The notes: generated by a model not told the origin, from the letters alone. DNA of 64,000 nt from the human T2T-CHM13v2.0 reference genome, Homo sapiens (GCF_009914755.1 NC_060925.1); one strand, 5' to 3'; positions 28,087-41,600 are shown, counted from the first letter of the stretch. Numbers and translations: made by a program.

Positions 28087-28400
28087 CTAATGTGTTAGAA
28101 TGTGAAATCCATACTCAGTGGTGATGACAACCCTGGATTCTTCCCCTTCCCCCTCCCAGGCAATCCTCTCTGCAAGTGGCTCTGTGCTCCCTCATCACCA
28201 AGGACCCATGTCACTTTGGCATTGCTTCTCCTCAGCTACTTCTCAGTTACTGGTCCTCATTTGGAGAGATGGATATCCGGCTGGAAGCATCCCCTACCCG
28301 CTGGGAGAGTGGGTCTACAGCTCAGGGTCTACATGTGGACCAGGGCCTCAGAATGTGGGTAAATGTGAGTCAGATGCACCTGGCACCTCTCTCTCCCCTA

Positions 28401-28631
<231 letters not shown>

Positions 28632-29271
28632 CTAGTCAGTGCCATGGGAGCAAGGACTTCTCACCCACACACCCCAATAATGCTGCCTGCACTAGCCCCG
28701 CCTCCTTTGGAACCACCCAGTCTCAGGCCACACACAATGGCATCAGGAGACAGCCCAGGGCTTGAAGGGGAAGGAGAGAGCACACTAGGGCCAAGGCAAG
28801 AGAGGTGGCTTAAGGATTCTAAGAAGCATATAGGAACAGTAGCTTTGGGCACAGCTGAGAACTGTCCTTCAGGGGATCCAGAAGTTGAGGAGTATGGCTG
28901 GGCAGGGGAGGGGAATGGAGGCTGCAAAGGCAGCTTAAACACAGCTTCACAGGGCCACACATGGTGGCAATGACACACCCAGGGCACTCCCTTCCGCACC
29001 CCAAAAGAGCACACCCCATTGCGATCCCTTAGCCCAAGGCCTGCCTGGCACAGCACTGCTGCTCCTGACTATCCCTCCAGCGGGGGAGCGCCACAGATGG
29101 CCCCAGTCTGGATCCAGCGGCTGAACTGGGCAGGGGATGGCTGGACCCCCAGCGTGAGGGCAGCTGGCCCTGGAAAGTACCCAGGGCTCCTGGAGAGAAC
29201 TCACCGGTAGGGAGGCGGCCAAATGCGACGCGAGCGGTCGAGGGGATGGGCTGTGTCGCAGTCCGACTGGC

Positions 29272-29350
29272 CTTATAGCGGTCGGTGCCCCGGAGGCCAG
29301 CTCGGCCAAGCCCACCCCGCCCGCCCAAGTCCCGCCCGCGCCCCACCCTG
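29272..29350 (-). promoter_or_regulatory. S100A6 core promoter: TATA plus clustered GC boxes in CpG-rich DNA
   Basis: TATAAG (minus) at 29272-29277; several GGGCGG/GGGTGG boxes at 29310-29350. Confidence 0.85.
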
Positions 29351-29525
29351 CGCCGTGGCTTACACAACGCACATTCGCGGTTTACCCCCTCGACTTTCCA
29401 CGCCTCCTGCCCGGGGCTGTTCCGGGTTAGGACGGGATGGGGGAGCCCAGCAGTGCCCACTGCACGCCTGGTGACGAGTCTCCCCTCATCTGCGCAGCTC
29501 AGTTTGCTCAGTTTGCTCTTCGTGA

Positions 29526-29538
29526 CACGTGACTCGGC
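29526..29538. promoter_or_regulatory. Overlapping E-box (USF-type) and antioxidant response element upstream of S100A6
   Basis: CACGTG at 29526-29531 overlapping TGACTCGGC (TGACnnnGC) at 29530-29538, about 280 bp upstream of the TSS. Confidence 0.7.
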
Positions 29539-30424
29539 AAGGGGAGCAGGAGGAGGACTGCGGCGGTCACCCCTGCTTCCTCTGCCAGACCGTGAATGTG
29601 ACCCTCGAGCCAGCGCAGCGTCAATGTGGGCAAGGAGGGCGCCTCACAGGATGCCGGTGTCCCACAGAGGATACTCAGGGTCACCCCAGAGGAGATAGGG
29701 GGAGTAGCCAGTGGTGTAAAGGATATCTACGGCGCCCATCCCCCACCAGCAACAAGTTCCTACCAACACCTCCACTCCTTCCCCTCAGTGCCCCAAATTC
29801 CATTCACTACAGCACCTTTGGTGTTAATGTGCATGCACGTGGGAGCCCAGCCCTGTAAGCACCATTCGTTATTTACGGGGGAGTGAAGGCCTTTTCAGAC
29901 CCTCCCCTGAGAAAAGATTTTGATGGAGGAGGCAGGGAGAGAAGAAAGCACTGTCCCCCATAGATGATGAGAGTGGTGCTATTGAAGGGGAAATGGTGAA
30001 GAGGGAGGGGGCTGGTGTGGAGGCCAGACATGCCCTTCCTACAGGTGCTGCCAAGGTGGCCTCCGGTGAGCTGTGGACAAGTCAGGCCTGCCTGCCTATC
30101 ACCGCCCTCAGGAGCCACTCCCAACCCCTCCCAGTGTCCTCCTCTCAAAGCAACTTTCCCTCTTAACTTCCTCTGCATCCTTGCAGAGTTCCCGCCTGGC
30201 CTAACTTCCCCATTTTCCAGGCAGGCAAAACTAAGCCATGACAAAACCAATGACGTCCACACCAAAGAAGGAGAGGAATGCAGTGGGAGCCCAGGACCCT
30301 AACCCCCAGAGGCAGAAGCTGTCTCAACCCACTCAAGGAGAGACCCTTCCTGTGCTCCCCTCTCCCCAGGCCAAGGTAGACAAGACAGCTTCAAAACCAG
30401 ACTCCCAGCACCTGCGATGGAAAC

Positions 30425-30430
30425 TTTATT
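30425..30430 (-). terminator. S100A5 polyadenylation signal
   Basis: AATAAA on the minus strand, ~120 nt after the stop. Confidence 0.8.
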
Positions 30431-30551
30431 TCCTCCCATGGAAGGGTCCATCTGGGAGGGAGAGGAGGGCAGGGGGCCAAAGAGGGTCTGTGAGAGGAGC
30501 AGCCGAGGTCAGCAGCAAAGGGTGGAGGGTGAGGGTGGAGGGCAGCCCTGG

Positions 30552-30692
30552 TCACTTGTTGTCCTCTAGAAAGAAGTCGTTGTAGGCCATGCACAGCATG
30601 GTCAGGAACACCGAGTACTCCTTGAAGTCGATCTCCTGGTCGCTGTTCTTGTCCAGGCTCTTCATCAAGTCATCGATGCTGCTCTCCTTCAT
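30552..30692 (-). CDS. S100A5: S100A5 last coding exon, canonical EF-hand
   Basis: MKESSIDDLMKSLDKNSDQEIDFKEYSVFLTMLCMAYNDFFLEDNK then TGA. Confidence 0.97.
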   Translation of the reverse strand: MKESSIDDLMKSLDKNSDQEIDFKEYSVFLTMLCMAYNDFFLEDNK

Positions 30693-31021
30693 CTTTTGTG
30701 GACCCAGGTGGAGAGACAGCTCAGACCCCGCTCCCAGCCCTGCCCTCGCACCACTGCATGGTGTCATCCCCACCCCGAAACTTCAGGGTGAGCCCCAGCT
30801 GAGTCAATGACACTGTCAGCATCTCGACCCCCAGAGTCTGCCCACTGCCCACACCTAGGGAAGGGCCTGGCATGAGGTAGGGGGTCAGGGACCTGACTCC
30901 TGAATGGAAATAAATGACAGCAGGAATGCTAGCCTAGCCTGCCTTCCCTGCAATACTGTCCCCCAGCCAAAGAAACAATCATCTAGGTTTTATACCAACA
31001 CCTGATAAAAACAGCTTGCTG

Positions 31022-31316
<295 letters not shown>

Positions 31317-32101
31317 AACACCTTGCTGATTATGTGGCATTGAGCATTATCCAAGTCTCTGAGTGACTCTCTCCCCATTCTAAGGACTAGGTGAGAATAA
31401 CCCCGGACAAAATGTCTCTCAATGAGAGCAGTGCACTGGGGCTGTGAAGCCACTGCATCCCTCCCCTGCTAGGAGAGCTGTGCAAGAGGCCTGCCTGGAG
31501 CCTGGTTGTGCACTGTTGTTCAGTCCCCTGATGTCCCAGCCTGGCTCCATTAGGACGATGGAGTCAGGGTCCTTTGGGTGGAACAGGAAGAAAATATAGA
31601 CAAGCAGATCCTGATGTCTCCTCATCATTGCCGTCAGCTACAGGTTTTCACAGGAGACATTGGGACTTACAAAGGCGGAAACTGCTTGTCTGTCACGTGA
31701 TCCTAGTCCCCAGCCTGGGCTCCTGTTATTGCCAGGCCCTCCTCTGGGCGTCTCTCCTTCTGTAATTAATCCCTGCTGGACCTGTGGCCCCTCCCTCTGC
31801 CCTCATTAACCTCCAGGATGCAGGCAGCCTGGCAGAAGGCCAGAGATCAGGCCTGGGGACGCCCATACCTGCTTCTGTCCCCTGCCCATGTGGCACACTG
31901 TGGACCTTCTTTCTGGGAGGGCCTACCAGGGCTCAAGGTGTGATAGATGGAGAGGCACCCAGGCTAAATTTTAAAGGAAACAGGGAGGATGATTCACAGG
32001 CCTGGCCCAGAACTCCAGCTCAGCCTCCCACTAGCGGATTGTCCTTAGGCAAGTTATTTGATGTATTTGAGCATTGATTTTTTTTAACTATAAAAATAAT
32101 A

Positions 32102-32745
<644 letters not shown>

Positions 32746-33309
32746 TATCCTCGGGGATATTGTATTATAATAACCTCATGGGCCTTCCCCTCTGTCAGTC
32801 ACCTCCCTCCCACCACCTCCATCTGGTGAGAACCAGTTCTGTCTCCTCACTACCCTATGTTTACAAGTTAACCTTTCAGTTTGAGTGCCAGCACCATCAG
32901 AGAGCCCTGGCCATGCTGTGCACACAGAGAAGAATCAGGCAGAGTCCCTACACTTGAGTTGTACACAGCTGGACCTGGACACCCTGCATCCCTTCACCAC
33001 CCATGACCCCTAGCACAGGTTCTGCCACTGCTGGGAGAGCCTGGCCCCACCATCGAAGGCTCCTCAATCTCCTTCTCTAAACCCTCCAGACTCAGCCCTT
33101 CCTCCTTCTCAGTGAGACCCTGACCCATTCTCCTTCACAGAGGGCTAGAGTTTTGCTGGCCCGAAATCCCCACCATCTTCCTTTGTCTCTGTCTGTAGCC
33201 CTTGGCCACCCTGCCCCTGGCTTAGGCTGGAGGATCCTGAGGGTAGGTATGTGTCCCCCAGAGGGAGTACTCAGACTTTGGGGTGGAGGATGAGGGAACA
33301 ATCACCTAC

Positions 33310-33447
33310 CTCCCCAAGACACAGCTCTTTCTTGATCAGCTCCTTGAGTTCCTTCCTACTCAGGGTCAGTTTGCTACCCTCTCTCCCCGAATATTTGTGA
33401 AACGTGGTCACCATAGTGGTCAGGGCCTTCTCCAGAGGAGTCTCCAT
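33310..33447 (-). CDS. S100A5: S100A5 first coding exon (92-aa form)
   Basis: [46 protein letters not shown] (46 codons) then gt donor. Confidence 0.97.
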
Positions 33448-34640
33448 CACAGTGTGCAGCTCTGTAGAGGGAGAGGGGAAGATCCCATTCCTCAGGAAGT
33501 CACCACCAGCAGCACTAGCCTACCTCTGAGGCCCCTCCCTCAAAGAACAAGAGACTGGAACCCAGGATGAGACTGAAATCCACTAACAAGAGCGCCCATC
33601 TATATCAGTACAGGTTACAATGAGACCCACAACAAACTCTGGAGCTGCTGGTACAAGGAGAACAGCAAGACCCCAAAGGAGACCACAGACTCTCCTGCTG
33701 GGGAGTTGTTGAAAAGTAGGCCTGAGGCAGAAAGATGAGAAGACGACCTCCTCAAAAGGCCCTGGTGGCAGATGGTGGAGCAGATCAAGGGTCACGATTT
33801 TCTCTCTGCTTCTTCCAGCTTAGGAACTGGTTTTCCACAGGCAGTTCACCAGCCTTTCCCCCAGTGCCTGAATCACCTGATATCGAGGAGTGTCCCATTA
33901 TTAAAGTCGGGGACAGGGCAAAGAGAGAGTCCAGGGCTGAGAGGGGGCTGGGCTGGAACTGGGTGATGGGGTCTCAACAAGGAGCAGCAGGGAGGTGAGC
34001 TGAGCTGGCCCAGCTGGTCTCCAGACTCTGGCCCAGAGCAGTGCACACAGAGACGGGTCAGCGGGCAGGGAGGGCAGGGGGCCTCTTGAAATCTCCAGGA
34101 TCATTCCAAAACCTGGATCCAGAGGCTACGCTTGAATAAGGGCCTGGATTCCAATAGCACAGCCACCCTCAGCCAAGGGAAGAGACAGATGGAGCTCAAG
34201 TGACTCAGACTCAAAAACCACTTCCCCCTCAGGGAGGAAGGAGGCAACACCCACGGAACTTGAAGGCTGCAGGTTAAATCTGTGGAGAGTCTTCACCTCC
34301 AGCCCAAAGCCCTCCCTGCCATTCTTGAACCAGACCCATCATTCCTCTCCCACCACAAAAACCTCAGCCTCTCCCACCTCAAGGAGACTCAGCTGGGACC
34401 ACAGTTGAAGGCAAGGGACTCTGTGCACCTGCAGGAGCATCCTGGCTAGTCCAGACCCCCACCTCCACCCCAGAGCCATTTCTCAAGAAATTCCAAAGGC
34501 TCTGCCCTCTTCTCCCTGAGCGCATGCCCGCTTGTGGGGCCAGGCCTCCTTGGTGGAGGTCACCACCACTTGTCACCCTCATCATCCAGCGTGACCCACC
34601 AGATATCAGATGAACAGAGACATAGGAAGGAAGGACTTAC

Positions 34641-34680
34641 CACTGTGGGAGTGAGCCCAGAGAATCCAAGCAGCAGGCAT
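34641..34680 (-). CDS. S100A5: Upstream in-frame ATG giving an S100A5 N-terminal extension (110-aa form)
   Basis: MPAAWILWAHSHS+G spliced to 33461 reads [12 protein letters not shown] in frame. Confidence 0.55.
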
Positions 34681-36892
34681 AGCCTCCCTCTCACTGCCTT
34701 CTGCCTTTATTTCCCTGATCTCTGTCCCTAGGAATCCAGGGGAGAGAAAGGGCCCATGAGAAGTTGTTGGGGACTTGAGGATGCCCACGTCAGAGCCTCC
34801 CGGGATGGAGCTGGGGAGAAACCCCTTCTGCCAATCTCACCTTCCTTGTTTACAAACAAGGGCTGGGGACACACTGAGTTCCCATAGCACACACGTCCCC
34901 AATCCCAGAAACTTTACTCTTCTGACCAAAAATCAGAACTCAAAATCTGAAATCTGATGGAACAATAAGCCGAAGAAGGGAAACCAGGCTGTCCTGGAAA
35001 GAAAACCTCAGAAGTGTGGGACAAACACAGGGCACCATCTCCCCGTGTCCTAGGAAGCTCTCCACATCGGGCCCCTCCCACCCATCCTGCCACCCACTCC
35101 AGGAGTAGAGAAGACAGCCCTTGAGATGGGGATCAGTGGAGGAAGATATTTTCTGCGAAGGATATGGTCAAGGTCATGAGCTAATATGGGCCCAGAGGTT
35201 TTTAAAGGGCTTTTAAATGAACGATTTCTTCTAGGCCTCACTGCTCTTCACAGGAAAGGCTCGTCGGAGACTCTTGGCATGGAGGACTGAGAATCAGGAA
35301 TAGGGAAGGTGTCCAGCGAAGGGCTAAGGCCCAGCACTGGGGTAGAGGTTGTGGATTGGGGAGGGGGGTTCAGGTTCAGGCTGCAGTCAAGGAGGAAGTA
35401 GGGGCCAGGGAGAGTTTCCTGTATCCCAGGAGACACTCAGACATCGTTCTACCACAGTAGAACAACATACTTCTACCACCAGTCCAAGAACAGACCTGGG
35501 CTCAGGGTGTAGTACCTATCACTGCTGCAGTCCCACCCCAGCCTGGTGGGCCTCCCCACTGCTCCCCACTCCACCCCACCCCCAGCTGGCAAGATTGGAG
35601 AGGCAGCAGGGATTGGTTGCTATGCAGTAGGCATCTCTGAAGGAGAGCGTGACCTGGGTGGAGGCCCCAGGGAGGGCGCTCCCAGGGAGGGTGGATGGAG
35701 AGGGCAGCGGAAGGCAGCAGACTTTCTCCTGAACTGAAATTCCTCCCAAGTCTCTGTATTCAAACCCTGCGGGAACATCTGAGTCACCTGCCCCACTCCT
35801 CTGAAACCTGAGAGAAAAGCCCCATGTGATGAGAGGAAAGAGGACCCTCAAGAGGAGGTCAGTGGGACAAAGCCCTCCAGCCTCTGCACCTGACCTCCAT
35901 GCACCTCTTCCTAAAAGATCCCTGAGTCACCCAGACATGGCCTTGAAGTCTAACCTCAACCCACCACTGCACCCTGGAGCCACTGGCCTTGAACCTACCT
36001 AAGGGGAAGCAATATCATGCCTTATATTTTCTGGGGGGAAAATAATCTCAATTTCATTTGTCAGATCATATATGTGGAATTTTGTCTCCAAAACTATGGT
36101 CACCTTCCCACCATTTGCCTCACTCCCACTCCAGCCACTGACCCCCACTCATCTCTTCTGAGGTCCCCTGTCCTTCTCTGAAGGAGCTTGATTCCTGACT
36201 GATAACAGATCTCATCCAGGGACCTTTATGGCAGAGACGGTGGATTCGAGAATGCCTATATTCTCATGCTGCTGCAAACAGCGGGTCTCCCTCCACATTG
36301 CCCTCCCTGATCCTACCACGCACAGGAAAGGATTAATCCATCCCTGTGGTTTGAAGCCAATGATCTGGAAGTGGGTGGCAGGACAGGGCCTGGACTGTCA
36401 ACGTCAGCACTGAGTGCCAGCCCTCCTCCCCATCCCACTCTCGCCTAAATACTTCCTCCCTGCAACTCAGCCTTATTCTTTTCCCTCCGACTTACTCCCA
36501 GGACACCCAAACTCCATTCCAGACCCCAACCAGGAACAGATATGACCTTCAATTCCAGCCTCGGTTCAAGATCCTGCCAGAGGCAAGGTTGGAGAGAGGT
36601 GGGAGGGGTAAGTGGGCTGGCTGAGATCCCACAGCTGGGACCTTCCAAACCTTGGCAGGGGGGTGGTGAGGGGTCCCCTTCTCGGCTTTGACCACACCGA
36701 GTGAACTCTATTGCCTGTGCACACACACTGTTAGTCACCCTGCATCCCTCCCCTAACTTCACTGGTCTGCTGTCCATAAAACTTCAGCTCAACTCCCAGC
36801 TCTCCCCACCACCACCCCACAACATATCCCTCAGTCCCCAACCCACGCCCCCAGAGTCTCTCAAACCATCAGCCTCAAAACTTCCAAGAATC

Positions 36893-36898
36893 TTTATT
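36893..36898 (-). terminator. S100A4 polyadenylation signal
   Basis: AATAAA on the minus strand. Confidence 0.85.
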
Positions 36899-37014
36899 GA
36901 ACTTGCTCAGCATCAAGCACGTGTCTGAAGGAGCCAGGGTGGAAAAAAAAAAGTGCCCACTGGCGACAGGGAGGGCCCCAGCTGGCAGACCCCCCAACCA
37001 CATCAGAGGAGTTT

Positions 37015-37179
37015 TCATTTCTTCCTGGGCTGCTTATCTGGGAAGCCTTCAAAGAATTCGTTACACATCATGGCGATGCAGGACAGGAAGACACAGTACT
37101 CTTGGAAGTCCACCTCGTTGTCCCTGTTGCTGTCCAAGTTGCTCATCAGCTTCTGGAAAGCAGCTTCATCTGTCCTTTT
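37015..37179 (-). CDS. S100A4: S100A4 (metastasin/FSP1) last coding exon
   Basis: KRTDEAAFQKLMSNLDSNRDNEVDFQEYCVFLSCIAMMCNEFFEGFPDKQPRKK then TGA. Confidence 0.98.
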   Translation of the reverse strand, partial: KRTDEAAFQKLMSNLDSNRDNEVDFQEYCVFLSCIAMMCNEFFEGFPDKQPRKK

Positions 37180-37900
37180 CTGGAGGGAGAAGAGGCTACA
37201 GATAGAAAACAGAAGCCCGGTGGGTGGAGCCAGGACCAGACCCAGTTTCTACTCCCAGACCAGAGTTCAGGGAGGCTCCTTTGGGAGGTCCAGTTTGGAA
37301 CTCCAACCCTCAAGGCTAAGCTAGGGTGGAGAAGGTGCTCCTTGGATAAGGAAGTCTGAGTACCTGGTGCAATGGAAAAATGACGGGACCACTACATTTT
37401 CACCCAAGGTTGTTCTAATAATCCCATGAGGTAGTAATAGTCATGAAAACAATATATAAACTGTGTTATGTTTGATACAAATATACATTGTTATTGTTTG
37501 AAGGGAACGTCTGCAGGCCTGTGATCATCTCCACATCTGTGTCTTCACATCTACAAGCCAAATAGAAACTCAAACAGTGTCCACTGTTGGAGTGATGGCA
37601 AGAGTCAGACAGTCCCGGTCCGGATGGCAGTTGTGTACACTGACCACCTTGGGAAGTTACTTAGCACTCTGAGCTTAGTCTTCCCTTCAGTTAAGTTGTG
37701 CAAAGCACCTGGCAGTGTCTGACCCATTCATTCTCAGCCCTCTTTCAGCATGGGGCCAGGCAGTGAGTGGTGGTGTTCAATGTGTTTCCACCCCAGGCAG
37801 CCACCCCACTGATAGATGCCCTCTGTAGCTAATGCTCTAGAGCAAGACTGCTGCCCTCCTCTGTGGGAAATGCCCCACGTGGGGACTCACTCAGGCACTA

Positions 37901-38092
<192 letters not shown>

Positions 38093-38725
38093 TTATTAAT
38101 CCCACCCCTCAGAGATGTGTTCAGAATGCCAGGCTCCACTCCCATCCCTCCAGGAGCACTTGGCGAGACTCTGCTCCCTCCCTGGGGGAGCCCAGAGCAG
38201 TGGGCCCCCGCACCTGGCTGGGAGGGTGTGCACAGTGGGGAACACATGCTCTGGGCAGTGAACATTTGCAAGATCCGCTGCGCAAGCTCTGGAGATTCGG
38301 GCAGCAAACTCCCAGGGCCTCCCAGGCCTTGCCTCAACAACAGCATTTTTTCCACCCCTCACTCAGTCTATCCACTCCCACAGCTCAGCCACAAAGGCCC
38401 CGCCCTTGCCATTCTTTTCCCTCCCAGAACTGGGTGTGGCTGCTGGAGGCCTGCCCAGGGGCCTGCAGTGGAAAAAACCAGCACAGCCGCTTAGCTCTCA
38501 GCATGGGGAGGGGCAAAGTGAGGTGGCAGAGGCAAGGGTTGGAAGAGAAGCTGCAGAGGCCATGCACCTTCTCGAGCTGGGCTGCTGCGTGCAGGGCAGA
38601 GGCTCATGGGGCACACCACCAGACAAAGGCCCACAGTTGCCTTCTGCCTTTCCTTTGCTTCCTGCTCCCGAGTGCGCAACCCAGCAAACATGAGCCAGTG
38701 CAGATACCCACAGGCACATACATAC

Positions 38726-38774
38726 CAACACGTACTATAGCAACAGCGTGTGCAAGCCCACATCTCAGAAGCAC
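38726..38774 (-). other. S100A4: S100A4 alternative 49-nt 5'UTR exon
   Basis: ccag acceptor and ttg|gtatgt donor bracket exactly 49 nt, the size of the known S100A4 (mts1) variant exon. Confidence 0.85.
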
Positions 38775-39085
38775 CTGGAGAGCTCAAATTCAGTCACTTG
38801 CTCACTTTTCTGTTTGTTTTTTCCTCCGTCTTACGTGCATGTGTGTGTGTGCCATGCACACCCACGCACACAATCCACCCAGAGTTCCACATCAGAATCT
38901 CACATCTGGATCTCTTTAGCACATCTGGCCCCCACCAGCCTCCCCTTCTCCTTCCCCAGCCCTGGCCTCTGACACCCCTTGCATGCCAGTCAGGCCAACA
39001 CAACTCACCAAACCAAGAAAGAAGAAGCGCTGAGGAGAGAGGGTTGTAGAGAGGGGAAGAATGGGGACGGCCCAGAGGTCTGACC

Positions 39086-39093
39086 TATTTATA
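39086..39093 (-). promoter_or_regulatory. S100A4 TATA box
   Basis: TATAAATA about 30 bp upstream of a pyrimidine-rich start. Confidence 0.85.
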
Positions 39094-39469
39094 CCCCAGC
39101 CAGGCCCTGCCCATAGCAGGGGACAGGGGAGAGCGGATACTGCCTTCCTGCTGTGGGCTGATGCGGTAAGTGCCACAGCACCCTCCACCAGCCCAGCCGT
39201 GGAACCAAGCCTCCTGTTCCCAGGTGGGCACCCGTGGGTAACGGGTAAGCCCTAGCGGTTACTAGCAGGGGACTGGATGAGATGGGCACCACCCAGTGTA
39301 CATAGCTCAGCCTGAGTTTTAGAGAGGTGGAGGAAGGGGCAGCCTGTGCCTGGAGCATGGGGGACAGGGAGTAGTCCCATGGGGACCTAGGAAAGGAGAT
39401 GCAGGGGGTGGTGGGTGACAGGTGGGAGATTGCCCTGGAAATGTGGTGACACAAAAGCTAGGGGGGAGA

Positions 39470-39725
39470 TGGGAGGATCGCCTGAGGCCAGGAGTTCAAG
39501 ACCAGCCTAGGCAACATAGAGAGACTTCTGTCTCTATAAAAAGGAAAAACAATTTTTTTTTTTAATTAGCTGGGCAGCATGGCTGTAGCCTGTAGTCCCA
39601 GCTAGTCAGGAAGCTGAGACAGGAGGATCATTTGAGCCCAGGAGTTCGAGACTGCAGTTGGCTATGCTCAAGCCACTGCTCTCCAGCCTGAGCAACACAG
39701 AGGACCTTGTCTCTTAAAAAAATAA
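39470..39725 (+). mobile_element. 5'-truncated AluJ upstream of S100A4
   Basis: Alu consensus. Confidence 0.88.
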
Positions 39726-40598
39726 AGATTCAGAAACAAAAACTGGGGTGGGGATCCCCATGCCCGGTACTGTCTGCCATGCCAAGTAAGGCTCAGGGTC
39801 GGGGCGGGGGGATCTGGAGGGGAACAGGCTCACACCCAAAGGAGGCTCTGGGACCACCTCAGGAACGTCAGTGGGAAAGGTCCTGGGTGAGGTAGTGATG
39901 GAGTGGAGTGGCAGTGAGGCGTGGGGGCTCACGGATAGATCTCAGGTTCGGAGAGGGTATCAGGAGGGGCCATTTAAAGTTGGGATGAGTGTCAGGAATG
40001 AAGAATCCAGGTTGGGGTGGAGAGTTAGAGGTGAAATGGCATGAAATAGGGGAGTTATAATTCGGGTCAACCTCTCAGGGTGGGCTACAAACCCAGTGAG
40101 GGTTAGAAGTAGGGGGTTAAGGCCCTCAGGGGGCTGCGGCTTCAGGGATAGGGGCTAGCTCAAGTTATTCCCTTACCCCTCCATACAGAGCACCCCTTCC
40201 TGGCTGGGAGAAACACCTCAGACACCCTAATCCCATTAGTGCTGCTCTCTGGGCTCCCACAGCCCGAGGCAGGGAACAAACACCCCCACTGCACCCACGG
40301 CCCCACCCTCCTCCAACCATGAGCACTGAGTCCCAGGGGAAACTCAGGCAGTCCTCTCTCAAAGATCCCAAAGAAAGAGAGAGAGGAAGGGAGGACAGGG
40401 GTCCTTGTTTTGTCCCCACGCCCTCCTGCTGGACCCTGGAGGCCACTGCATTTCTGCAGGGTCTGCAACTTCCCTCAGGGAGCACCCTGCCCCTGCCCTC
40501 AGCTGCCTTCCCGCAGTGGAAAAGGCCAGAGAGGAGCAAAGAGCTCAGGAGACGCGTCCTCAGAGAAGAACCAAACAAAACCAAGCTGATGCCAGTTT

Positions 40599-40604
40599 TT
40601 TATT
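40599..40604 (-). terminator. S100A3 polyadenylation signal
   Basis: AATAAA on the minus strand with a downstream GU/U-rich element. Confidence 0.8.
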
Positions 40605-40937
40605 AGGAGTTAAATAGGCCCTTTCCCATCGTGGTCTCATTGGTGCACGCTCTGCTGAGCCTCGAGGGCCTCAGAGCAGATCCCGCCTCCTCCCATCCAC
40701 AAGGGAGGCCACAGGGGTGCGGCAGGCAGGCTGGGCCCCAGAGTGGCTCTACCCCTCATTCGCTGGGCATCCTGAGGAAGGAGCCCTCACATCTCTGGGC
40801 CTCCTAGGTAAAATGGGTTAACTGATCGCAGAAGACCTGGGCAAGTCCAGATTGAAAGGGGTACAGGAGAGAGGGTAGGAGGGGGTGTGGGAGACATGCC
40901 CAGCCCCCGACAGCCAGCGCACCCCCTGGAGCAGAGG

Positions 40938-41102
40938 CTACTGGGAGCAGGGGGGCTCTGAGGGGCAGTCCTTGAAGTACTCGTGGCAGTAGAGACAGAG
41001 GCAGGCAAGTGAGCGCACATACTCCACAAAGTCCACCTCGCAGTCCTTGTTGGTGTCCAGAACACTCATGAATTTGTTGTAGTCACATTCCCGAAACTCA
41101 GT
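40938..41102 (-). CDS. S100A3: S100A3 last coding exon, Cys-rich C-terminus
   Basis: TEFRECDYNKFMSVLDTNKDCEVDFVEYVRSLACLCLYCHEYFKDCPSEPPCSQ then TAG. Confidence 0.98.
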   Translation of the reverse strand, partial: TEFRECDYNKFMSVLDTNKDCEVDFVEYVRSLACLCLYCHEYFKDCPSEPPCSQ

Positions 41103-41600
41103 CTGTGCAAGGGAAGGGTTGGGAGAGGTAAGGGAGTAGGATGAGGAGGGCAGAACAGCCTCACACGCCACCTCCCTCCTTCCTCTCCCAAGTGGACCCA
41201 CCCCACCCCAAACTACACCCTTCTGAGGGCCGACTTCAACCTCCCTGCTCTGATAATGCACTCGTTGCAATCCCCTCCCAAATCTGTCCTCTCAGATTAT
41301 TAATCGAGCACCTACTATTTGCTACTGAGTGCCTACCAAGTGTTAGGCATTCTTCATGGTGCTCTCACTCAGTCCTCTCAACAGCTCTGCAAGGCAGCAG
41401 GGATGATTGTCATCCCATTTTACAGATGAGGAAGCTGAGGTTTCTGCTGTGTCAGTTCTCCCCCTCCCACTCCCTCCTCACAATCCAGCCCCCTCCCTTG
41501 CTGTCCTGTGCTCATGCTTGTTGTCCCCAGGTCTCTCTTTGCAGAGTCTAGGCAGTGCCTCCCCCCGGAGGAGGAGGGGACGGACACTCTGACTGCTCAC

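Noticed and set aside
37873-37890. 12-bp palindrome CCCCACGTGGGG and a cryptic GTGAGT donor in S100A4 intron 2
   Set aside because: Short enough to occur by chance; use of the donor would introduce an immediate stop.
38200-38919. 239-aa plus-strand ORF antisense to S100A4 intron 1
   Set aside because: Non-ATG start, no recognisable domain, GC-rich intron.
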